This document shows, one piece after another, positions 1 to 10,484 of a stretch of 64,000 nucleotides of DNA. The notes beneath the pieces were generated by a model that saw only the letters and a program-made list of their open reading frames with translations, did not search any database and had not been told where the DNA came from. The translations under genes and the position numbers were made by a program. Origin of the DNA: Zootoca vivipara (lineage: Eukaryota); assembly GCF_963506605.1 (NCBI RefSeq), contig NC_083282.1, positions 67,146,001 through 67,210,000 on the forward strand, given 5' to 3'. How positions within the stretch are numbered: the stretch's first letter is position 1; each line of letters begins with the position of its first letter.

Positions 1-1764
1 TCCCTCCCTCCTGGGTTAAATGTTAATCAGGAGGTCTGCCTTGTTCTATCCTGCATTGAGAGTAACTAAGGCTGCAATCCTAACACTACTTATCTGGGAG
101 TAAGCTCCATTAATTCAATAGGACTTACTTCTGGGTAGACATGGTTACATTTGTGCTGGAACACTGGTTCTAATCCCAGGATGATGATTTCTGTTCAGTG
201 GAGTAGTATGAAAACATTTCCTATCAGTTTCCTATCAGTACAAGTAGCCACACACACTCTCTGGCGAACACAAGCACTTGGAAAAACGAAGAGCAGTATT
301 TTATTTTATTTTTGTAACTTTCCCAACAACAAACAGCAGTATTATTCCTCCTTTAAATTAAAACTCTACTTCTCTGCAAGGAGCCCACACTTTTGTTCCT
401 TCCTCACTTTAACTCCTCTCTGTGTGAACATTGTAGGAGTTAAAAGAGTGTTAAACTACATTTGTTAAGCTGAAGCGTTTATGAAATATACAATAATACA
501 GTACGCCAAGGGTATTCATTGTCCATGCAAAACACTACAGCAAGCTGAAAATTGAAAATGTAGGGATTGCATAAAATAAATTAAATTTAGTGCCAAAACA
601 AATACAAGGGCTGGTGTACTGATTGCATTATTCATCTTCATAATTAATTCAATAAACCTTTCAATTTATGTATCTGAAGCTGCCACCATGTTTCCAGACA
701 TGTCAAAGAATAGAGCGAATCCAGAAACTGTGCCTAAGAAATCAGAAGCCCAGCCCAATTTGCATGCTACATGGCTGCAGGACAATCAAACATCTAGAAA
801 TAGTTTCAATAGTATCAATATGTAAGGTAGTTTCCCATTCTAGAGGAGCAGACCCACTGTAATTAATGACACTTTCCTATTCATGTTCATTAAGTTGCCT
901 GGGTCTGCTTGAAATAAAACTTTGTTGAATACCACACATTGTTTTTGCCAAGTCCAGGTGCATGTGATGTACCACCCTGTCTGCCTTCCCAGTACAGCAG
1001 CTTACACCAGGGCTAGCCAACACAGTGCCTCCGGATATTGTGGATAACAAATTCCATCAGCCCCAGTTAGCATGGCCAGGGATGGTCAAGGATTATAGGA
1101 TTTGTAGTCCAGCAACATCTGGAAGGCACCATACTAATTACCTGCTGATTTGCTCTGTCTGTTACACTGGAAGTGGATGCCTAGGTATTTATAAAGTTTT
1201 TAACCTGTTCCAATGGGTTTCCGCTCGTCTCCCACCATTGCAGCTTCCAAGATCTTGAGAAAACAAGCACTTTAGATTTTGCGAAGTTCAGTTCCAGTCT
1301 GTTGGCTATACAATATTCAAGACAAAATGGGAACATGGATGGAGCTGAGCTTTGGGCAATGGCCATCCACCCCGTGTAAACAGGGCACAAGGTCATTTAG
1401 GGAAAGGTTGAATAAATATGGGGCTAAGGCACAACCCTGTTTTACCCCTTTGTTGGCAATGATTTTGGAGGTTAGCCTGCCTGATTGGGAGCATCTCACC
1501 TGGCAGCATGTGGAGGTGTGTAGTTTTCTGATGAGAAAGGGTAACCTTTCATCAGTGTTCAATTTGGATAGTTTGTTCCAGAGCAGCTCCCTCAGGATTG
1601 AATCAAAGGCTCCTTTTAGGTCCAGAAACGCTGTATAAAGTTTTTGATTAGGAGCACTCGAGTATTTATTCACTAGGTGGGAAAATATGACACAATGATC
1701 CAAGGTGGTTTCGCCCACCTGCTCAGGACCTGGTAATACAAATTGGGAAACCCACTGGGTAAGC

Positions 1765-1901
1765 CAGGCATCCCCAAACTGCGGCCCTCCAGATGTTTTG
1801 GCCTACAACTCCCATGATCCCCTAGCTAACAGGGCCAGTGGTCAGGGAAGATGGGAATTGTAGTCCAAAACATCTGGAGGGCCGAAGTTTGGGGATGCCT
1901 G
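1765..1901. mobile_element. hAT-type MITE (URR1-like palindromic element)
   Basis: TIRs CAGGCATCCCCAAACT...AGTTTGGGGATGCCTG; 8-bp TSD GGGTAAGC (1757-1764, 1902-1909). Confidence 0.9.
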
Positions 1902-2089
1902 GGGTAAGCTTTCCCAGAAAATGTTTAGCTTGTAGCTTCCCCACTTTGGAGAATAGGCTTATTGGTCTTTAGTTGGATGGTAATGTGCACTCTCCCTTGT
2001 TGTATATTGGAACGACAGAGGGAATCAGTTTGTCCCAGCTGCAGTAAAGGTCTTTAATGCCAAAGTAGCCCCAAAACTCCTGTATGGCA

Positions 2090-2713
2090 AAACAAAATAA
2101 AAAAAATTCCTTCCAGCAGCACCTTAAAGACCAACTAAGTTTTTATTTTGGTATGAGCTTTCGTGTGCATGCACACTTCTTCAGATACACTGAAGCAGAA
2201 GTCCCTAGGTGTTTATGTAGGGAAAGGGGGGGTATCACTCAGAAGGGTGGTGGAAATGGGCGATTGACTGACTGATAGCTGTTGACGACTGTGAACGACT
2301 GCAAATGGTCTTGCATGAAAAAGCAAGGGTTAGGATGGCTGAAGATCGCTTTATCATGTATAGTGAGATAAGAATCCTAGGTCTCTGTTCAAACCAGGTC
2401 CCTCCATGGTTTTGAGCTTGGTGATAAGTTGCAATTCAGCAACTTCTCTTTCCAGTCTATTTCTGAAATTCTTTTGTAGTAAGACAGCTACTTTGAGATC
2501 TTGTATAGAATGTCCTGGGAGACTGAAGTGTTCTCCTACTGGTTTCTCTGTCTTGTAATTCCTGATGTCAGATTTATGTCCATTTATCCTTTGGCGTAGG
2601 GTTTGTCCTGTTTGTCCAATATAGAGAGCTGAAGGGCTTAGTTGGTCTTTAAGGTGCTGCTGGAAGGAATTTTTTTATTTTGTTTCGACTACGTCAGACC
2701 AACATGGCTACCT
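2090..2713 (-). mobile_element. Penelope-like element fragment (GIY-YIG endonuclease C-terminus plus inverted pLTR ends)
   Basis: Minus strand 2354-2635 translates without internal stops as PSALYIGQTGQTLRQRINGHKSDIR...GEHFSLPGHS...GLNRDLGFLSHYT*. ~50-bp inverted arms at 2090-2139 and 2637-2685. 12-bp TSD TCCTGTATGGCA (2078-2089, 2714-2725). Confidence 0.9.
2151..2188 (-). ncRNA. Minimal type-I hammerhead ribozyme in Penelope pLTR
   Basis: Minus strand reads GUAU-CUGAAGA-A-GUGUGCAUGCACAC-GAAA-GCUC-AUAC: stem I GUAU/AUAC, CUGANGA and GAAA core, palindromic stem II, very short stem III with a UC cleavage site. Confidence 0.8.
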
Positions 2714-3319
2714 TCCTGTATGGCATTCCATATTGGATTGGTACAGTTAACCAATCATTGGAACGCATCCAATCCAAAATTCTGTGCAAAATCCTGGGGC
2801 TTCCAAATTGTGTGCCATATGTAGCCCTGTGCTAGAAACGGGACAAAGGCTTCTGGAAACCAAAGTGTGGCTCACCACTATAAAATTCTGGCTCCACCTA
2901 CATTTCATGCCTGATCCGTCATCTTTTACTTTTCACATGATGACAGAATCCCACCACTCCAAATGGTTAGCTCGCATTGAAATCAGAACCTGTGACCTAT
3001 CACTCGAATCGCTGCTTATTCTCCCACATTTGGAAGCATTCCAGACAATCAAGCGCAGAATCCTAGAGATTGAATTCCAAACCCTTAGCAGCACAGCCAA
3101 TAAAACTTGTTCCCCATTATAGTTGGTAATGACACTCTTGTTTGGCCAGGACACTTCATATTTAAACAAGCTTTACAATCCCCACGTACAGAAAGCTCTT
3201 TTCCTTGCAAGATTTAATGTCTTACCGTCTGCAATTTTGCAAGGTAGATTTTTGAAAATCCCATACGCTGAAAGAAGTTTGGGGATGCAAACTTTTGTGG
3301 CACAAAACAGGTCATATCC

Positions 3320-4582
3320 GGATTTCACCGCTAGAAGCAAAGGCTCAAAAGAAGTTAAATATGGAAACCAAATGGCCAAAATATAGAGATATTCTGGTGG
3401 AAGAAGGAGACCAGTTCAAACTAAAGACATATGAACAGTTAAAAAGTAATTTAGATGACTGGCTCCAATACCATCAGATAAATGAATTGTATAAGATGGA
3501 TAAGAAAAATGGTTTTCCATTAGAAAAGTCCAAGTTGGAGACAGAATTACTAGAGCCAAAGACAAAGACATTCTTTCCAGAATGTATAGTCTATTGCTGC
3601 TCGTGGCACACGAAAGATGAACAGACAAAAAAGGTTATGATAGATTGGGCGAAGGATGTGGGACATAACATTATGATGGAGGATTGGGAAAGGTTATGGA
3701 AGAAGAATATGAAATTTACTGCATGTACTGTTTTAAGAGAAAATATGATGAAAATGATGTATAGATGGTATTTAACACCAGTAAAACTTGCTAAGATTTA
3801 CCATAACCAGGACAATAAGTGTTGGAAATGTAAAAAGGCGGAAGGAACATTCTATCACATGTGGTGGACTTGCCCACTAGTTAAGGACTTCTGGGAAAAG
3901 ATGAGCTGAAAAAAGTGCTGTAAAACACTTTTATTAAGAAACCAGAATCCTTTCTATTGGGCATAGTAGGAAAAGAATTGCCTATGAAAGATGTAAATTT
4001 GTTCTTATATGCCACAACTGCAGCCATAATATTGCTAGCAAAGTATTGGAAGACACAGAAGATACCTACAGTGGAAGAATGGCAAATAAAGATGATGGAC
4101 TATATGGAACTTGCTGATCTGACCGGAAGACTACGCGACCGAGGAGAGGAGAAGGTGGAAGAGGAATGGAAGAAATTTAGAATTTAGAATTTATTATAAA
4201 AAATATTGCAGAATTGATGTATGAGGAGAATTATAAGCAATTGTGAAGTTGCAGGTTAAGAAATTAAGTGAGATATAATTGAAAATAAGTTAAAATATTA
4301 TAATGAGTGGTAAAATTGAGAAAAGGATGTTGTATTTAGATTTAGATAATAAGATATCGAATTTGCCAAGAATGTTATGCAATGAACTGTTAGAAGGGGG
4401 ACTCGAGGAAGTCCCTTACTAAAATGAGGAAAAATGGAATGTATATGTTATTGGTTTTTTTAAAAAATTTCTTCTTTCTTTTTTGTATTTTTGAATATCG
4501 ATGTTATAACAATGTATAATTATATGGATGTTAGTCTTTTCTTTTTATAAAATTTAATAAAAATTATTTTTTTAAAAAACAA
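3320..4582 (+). mobile_element. L1-clade LINE 3' fragment (ORF2 C-terminus with zinc knuckle, 3'UTR, A-rich tail)
   Basis: ORF 3295-3909 contains YRWYLTPVKL and CWKCKKAEGTFYHMWWTC; continuation 3957-4187 (LLAKYWK...PTVEEW). 18-bp TSD ACAAAACAGGTCATATCC (3302-3319, 4583-4600). Confidence 0.9.
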
Positions 4583-5056
4583 ACAAAACAGGTCATATCC
4601 ATCACACACATTTTATTTTATTGCCCATTTTATGCAATAATATATGATAAGTATTTGGCTCCCTTATTGAAGGAGGGGGTTTATCGCACTGACTCTTCCA
4701 GGGTGTCTTATCTGCTGAACAATTGTAGGAATGACGTTGTGGAGAATGTGGCAAGTTTTGAGTGACGCCATGAAATTACATCACCATAGGTCCTAAGAGC
4801 CATTTTTGTACCTCACGATGTCTGGACAGTTTTATCCTAAAGTATCTACTACTATGTTCTGTCAACTGTGTTGTGTTCTGATCCATGTATATGATGCACT
4901 TTTTCTAGGCCAATAAAGGAGATTGATTGATTGATTGATTGATACTCTGTCTGTTCACAACTTTCAGCTTCCCATGGCTGATTATCACCACATCTTTTTC
5001 TGTAGTACTTGGAACTTCTGCTGTTAGATGTACAATCACACCATAATGAATTATGC

Positions 5057-5230
5057 CGCAGCTCAGTGGTAGAGCATCTGGTCCGCATGCAGAAAGTATC
5101 AGTTTCAAAGCTTGGCATCTCTAGGTAGGCATTGTTTTGTCTGAATTTTTTGGAGAGCTGCTGCCAGTCATTGCACTGTAGACAATACTTAACCAGATGA
5201 AACAATAGTCTGGTTTGGTATAAGGTAACT
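5057..5230 (+). mobile_element. Degenerate tRNA-derived SINE
   Basis: A-box-like GCTCAGTGGTAGAGCA head followed by GAGAGCTGCTGCCAGTC body; related copies at ~27360-27490 (+) and ~24570-24715 (-). Confidence 0.55.
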
Positions 5231-6652
5231 TCTTGTGTTTCTACATACCTATACGTATAGTCCATACCCTCCAACATTTCTCCAATGAAAATAGGGATAT
5301 CCTAAGGAAAAGCAGGACATTCTGAGATCGGATCAGAAACTGAGATGGCTTCTCTAAATCAGGGATGTCCCTGGAAAATAGGGACACTTGGAGGGTCTGG
5401 TAATGCCTATGGAAAATCATATCTTCAATCTTATGATCCATGCAACATAAAAAGAGAAGAAGGCCAGTCACATAAATGGAACCTACATATGTCAGCTCAG
5501 ATTGATGCTGGAGATTCTTTCTGGGTGGCATTAAACTGAAAGTTCATTCACAGGGTCCATCGTGAACTGAACTCGTTTCTCGCAATCCTGGATTGAGAAA
5601 GTACCACTTAGTTTTGAAATTAATTATTGCTGAAATATTTCGACGTATTTCTTGCATTTGCAAACGTCACATTCCAGCATGCAACTTGATTATGTAAAAC
5701 CTCCAACAAATCAGGGTTCTGCGATGTTCAGGACTGGATTTAAAGTTGGTTGGCCCTGCTGAAAACCCTGGAAGATTTTGCTGCATAGTTTTAATTTCAT
5801 GACAAAACCTGAAGTCATGCTCTGAACTGCTTAAGAAAATGCATTTAAAGTTTCACCATGGATGGTTTGCATTTCCATTTGCAAATCCATTCACTTGTGC
5901 TGTGGTACCACTCATCAAATCATTTGCTTCACTTGCTATTCCTTTGGGTGATTTTGGATGTACATTTCTCACATTTGAAGCCATGGAGATATCAAGCATT
6001 GTGTCATGGATGCAAATGCCCCGGTGAAATGTTTATGTCTGGTAAATTTTACTAGCATGCAAATATGTCCCACCACCAAGGAGCCGGTGCCTAGCTCTAG
6101 ATATACGAAACAGCTGCGTGCAAATGGCCTTTTAAAATTATCCACACCTTAATTTTGGCTGAGAAATTTGGGGGTGGGGGACCCACTTCATTGAGTTTCT
6201 TCAGTGGGAGAATAAACTCTCCAACACTTACCCAGGGCTGGGGCTCACCGTTACCAATGTTGGTAGCATGGATTCTTTATTTTCCTCCCGAAGATTTCCC
6301 CACCACCACTCGTGCACGTAACAACAGCAGAATCTGTGTTGGCAGCCTGACCCCCTATTTTGCATTCTTGTCATTCTTGGGCATCCTCCCTGGCGCACCC
6401 CCTACATCAGTCCAAGGTTTTCCCAACCTTTAGAGGCCCAAAACACTTAGATTACCTAATTCTAAATATAAAGAATAATAGACCATAAAATAAAATTTTA
6501 TTTTTCAAAATGAAACAAAACCTACAGTAAGATGGAAAATAATGTTTATTTTTGTAATAATAATAATAATAATAATATAATTTATTTGTACCCCAGCCAT
6601 CTGACTGGGTTGCCCCAGCTGCTCTGGGCAGCTTCCAGCATATATAAAAATA

Positions 6653-6654
<2 letters not shown>

Positions 6655-6734
<80 letters not shown>
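6655..6734. repeat. Compound (GT)n(AT)n microsatellite
   Basis: Directly visible tandem dinucleotides. Confidence 0.95.
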
Positions 6735-6736
<2 letters not shown>

Positions 6737-6744
6737 CATTATAT

Positions 6745-6895
6745 TTGAAATTTTTCCTTCTACTTTTTCTAATTGCAAAGTCTTTGATGAGATCTTCAAA
6801 ACTAAGCTTCTGTAACACATCTGCTTCTATACATAGGAGAGATAAGACATCCAGCCTCTCTTGTTGCATAGTTGTTTGTTTGGATTTTTAATATA
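6745..6895 (-). mobile_element. hAT transposase C-terminal dimerisation-domain remnant
   Basis: Minus-strand MQQERLDVLSLLCIEADVLQKLSFEDLIKDFAIRKSRRK matches the hAT dimerisation pattern (TMxQERLxxLxlLxIE...dII.dFA..KxRK). Confidence 0.75.
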
Positions 6896-8186
6896 TTTCA
6901 ACTGAGAAAATGAATGAACAATTTGTGACCATTAATGTTAAAAATTACAGCAGTGGAAAAGTTCTGTGGTGCCCCCCCTTCCCCTGATGCCATAAGCATG
7001 TGCTTATTTTGCTTAATGCTTAGATCTGAAGAAGATCTGGAGATGGAGCAGGGCACGTACAGGGGGAGGAGAGGGGAGGAAGTCTCATTGCACAAGCAGC
7101 AATCCTTGCACTGATGGGACGTGTGAGATGGATCCTGCCCCAAGTCAATAAATTAAAAAATTATTTAACATAAAAAAATTATTATCCATATATACGCGTT
7201 CCCATTGTTTACATAGTACTTCATAGCCAAATAGAATATTCACAGAAGGTCTCTAAAATGTGTAATACAGTAGTATCAAACTATTTTCTACTGTTGTGGC
7301 AACTGCACATCTGAATCTGCCATTAGGTACCTTCTCTTTCAGTATATTGGAGTTCAAGAGCTCAGCTTCAGTCACAGAAGGATGCATAATTTATGACAAC
7401 TGATTTCTTCCTGCTTCTAGAAAGAAGGTAGAAATGTGAATACGCTTGTATGAATGTTTGATGCTGAAATGGGAAATGAGGAAAGTAGAAAACTTTTTTT
7501 CTGAGTTCTTTTTAAATTTTTTTTTAAAAAAACCTCTTGGCAGCACTTTCTGCAATTAAATAGCTCCACGGGGATGCCATATGTTGCCAATAGTTTTACA
7601 CTTCTCAGTAGTGGGAGGCTGGAACTCTTTCCAATAGACATGATAGGATCCCATTACAAAATTCTTCTCTAACAGAAACAGCTAAATGTTCTATCAAGGA
7701 ACTAAATTAAAAATAGACTTGCTGGAATGGTTATCTCCCTGAAAGAATGCACTTGGCATGCTGAGCAACATGGTACATCTGGTGGGCACATCACTTGAAT
7801 TTGTCTCCTGCCTTTACTTGAGAATGGCACAAAGCACCATTACACGGCCACAGGCTCTGCTTTGGGCTCAGGCTTATTTCCCCCTTGTCTGTGGTCCTGC
7901 ATCTTTATTGGGTGGGTAGAGAGCTCTTGGTGATGCTGCTAATAAATGCAAAAATAATGAACAAGAGACAGGAGTTTTGCCTGTGAAAAGTGTTAGTTTC
8001 ACATTAATCATGTTTAAAGAAGCAACATGGAAGACAATAATTGGCTTGCCGGATCAGACGAAGATCCATTTAGTCCAATGAAGGGGAATTTGTAGCCATC
8101 CAGTTCATGTTGAACTGTTCCATCATCCTTTAATATTGACAGGTTCCCCATCCCAGATCCAGAACAATATTCTGCTTCCCATGCTG

Positions 8187-8534
8187 CAGTGGTGTTGCAT
8201 CCTTTATTGACACCTGGGGCAAGTGCATGCACACATCACCAGGCAAACCCTCCACACCAGCCAAACCTTTGCCACCACTGGGCGGGCATGGGGCACAGAG
8301 GGTTCACAAGGGCTGCACTGTACACCTGCCTGCCCACCCATGCAGCAGGGAGCCTGGCCAGCTGATGCAGCACTTGGTGAGGGGGCCAGGGGCACGGTGG
8401 CAAGGCTGGACCCCGGAGATCCCCAGTGGCAGACAGAGCAGGGATCCCTGCATGAGGGCGCCTGGCTGCGCCCTCTCAAAGCCATGCATCTCAAAGCCTA
8501 TGGCCCCCCTGGCACTCCCCACGCTACGCCCCTG
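8187..8534. mobile_element. Non-autonomous hAT element (GC-rich)
   Basis: Ends CAGTGGTGTTG...CTACGCCCCTG; perfect 8-bp TSD CCATGCTG (8179-8186, 8535-8542); same TIR type as 33975-34724. Confidence 0.75.
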
Positions 8535-10226
8535 CCATGCTGGCCAACCAGGTGTCACTGGGGAGTTCAGAAACAGGGCATAATATCAGTCGACACCCCC
8601 ATTTTACACTGTCCTGAACCACACCCACGGCTCCTCCTTTCTGCTTACAAAACCAATAATGCCAGCTGCAGGAACTGTGATGTTTTTATGGTGGCACATT
8701 ACATGATTCTATCAGCAAACATCCAGTCAGGGATCCTACAGTGAAGGGGTTGACATCACAGCACTTTGTCAATAAAATAGTAATGCAAATGAATTCATGT
8801 GAATATCTTCACAAAGGAACACTGAGCAGTTGCATTTTTGACATTGACAAAAGATGTTTGTAACAAACTATGAGTATTGTAGTGTCAGCTCAGCCTTAGT
8901 CCTAACTAAGACGACTGCAAATTCTGCCTACTGCTTGTATATCTTACCCACCTCAGCATATCTTGTTAGACATACACAGTAATATAGAAGAGATAAAAAC
9001 ACTTCATAAAGGTCAATGTGGCCCTGAGGATAAAAGTGTTAAAAGAATATGAATTTTTCTAATAGATGGTTATTGGTTTGTGGATTTCATTTTTCAAATA
9101 CCTTAATTGCTTATGCAGGCAAATATGGGTAAGAAACCCTTCCGTTGGGAGTAGAGCTTATTTTCCAGGATGGAGCCTTCCAGTTCAGGGGACAGAGTTG
9201 CTGTGTCTTGTGGGATGGACTGGGAATGGTCTGGAGGTTCATGAAGAGGTTCTGTTTCTAAATTAACGTGGGTCTCAGAAGACATTATCTTGATGGGAAA
9301 AACTGGGAAGACAGTGATAGGAACCTCCTGTACAGAGCTCCACAGTGACCTTCTTTGAAAGAAGGATGTGGTACAAATTTTATAAACATGAAGGAATACA
9401 CTTAGTAAAAGTTCAAAACCAGTGGTGGGGGACAGGTTGGTTTGTTTTTGAAGATAATTGGTTTGGATCCAAACAAAGCATATCCTGCTCACAGAAGGGC
9501 TTCTTCTGACTTGGTAGAAGAATGTTGCAGGTGAACAGTGATTCCAAATCTAGAGGTGTTCCTCCATTTGTGAATGACTTTTCCCAGACTCAGACTCAAG
9601 ACCTTTAATGGCCCACTAGAGTTTATACACTGGAGGCAAATGTTTTCTTTGTTTATGGTTTAATTTACTGTGATGGAATTTTGGATAAACTGTGGCACTC
9701 AACTGCAACAAGTCCTCTGCTAGCAAGAGTTCATGGAACAGCGCTGCTGCCTTTTTTCATTCTTTTCCTGGATATTTGGATCCAAGTCGAAGTCATTGAT
9801 CTCATACTCAAGGCAGGAACCAATCTCCTATGAAGTTAGCATTATGTCTGAATGTCAGGTGTTATTGGACTTTAAGGGGTAAAATGAGTAACAACCAATC
9901 AAGGCATTGGTGGGAGAAATCATGTGCTGAATCTGATGAGTATGGAACTTCTGGAATGTGGATGCTCACATCCATCCAGGCTTCCGTGATTCTTTCAGCC
10001 ATGATGATTACAGAGTGGTGTGGAGGGTAATGCATTTTGACAAGTGGAACAAATACATTTATCTAATCATGAGTTGTAAACTAGTTGATAATTTAATGAA
10101 CTAAAATAACAGATAAATAAGTTATAGATGACCATTAAAAACAAGGTAAAGCATAGACACCGACACTGTTATAACTGCATTAAAAATGTCAGAGCTGCCT
10201 ATATGTCATAATCATCCTTCTAACAG

Positions 10227-10419
10227 CCAATGAAAGTGTGGGTTGCAATTGCCTTCATTTTTTGGTTGGGAGGGAATATTTCATTGGCCCTCACTGTGAG
10301 GCACATGGGTCTGTACAGGCACCATCATAATGTTACTACCAATGGCTTTGTCCTTGCTAACCAATCATGGAGCTCAGAAATGTTCTGCTATTTGCATACC
10401 TGGCAGTATATAAGCCAAT
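10227..10419 (+). promoter_or_regulatory. H2B-type promoter: CCAAT boxes, octamer ATTTGCAT, TATA box
   Basis: CCAAT at 10227, 10339, 10361 and 10415, plus reverse ATTGG at 10283; octamer ATTTGCAT at 10390-10397; TATATAA at 10407-10413; ATG ~70 nt further on at 10485. Confidence 0.75.
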
Positions 10420-10484
10420 AGGGTGGGTGGAGCCCCAGGCACTTACAGTAGAGGAGGCACCTAGAGTGGAAACAGATTGGAGTC

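Larger units (their letters stand above)
1164..4944 (+). mobile_element. RTE-X-like non-LTR retrotransposon, 5'-truncated and 5'-inverted, with three nested insertions
   Basis: 11-bp direct repeat CTCTGTCTGTT at 1153-1163 and 4945-4955. Minus-strand RT segment ~1164-2040 (VPIYNKG..RPISL; AFLDLKGAFDSI; GVKQGCALAPYLFN). Plus-strand post-RT C-terminus from ~2040 (FNAKVAPKLLYGIPYW...LARFNVLPSAILQGRF...HILFYCPFY). AATAAA plus (GATT)n tail at ~4911-4943. Confidence 0.8.

Noticed and set aside
6452-6891. ORFs with HTHT/YIYI/CVCV runs
   Set aside because: Translations of microsatellites; only the hAT dimerisation remnant is meaningful.
8204-8744. Cluster of GC-rich ORFs up to 173 aa (also 33964-34905)
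   Set aside because: They lie mostly inside TSD-flanked non-autonomous hAT elements and have no transposase motifs.
9800-10300. Possible divergent H2A partner gene
   Set aside because: No H2A signature (AGLQFPVGR, YLAAVLEYL) found on the minus strand by eye.
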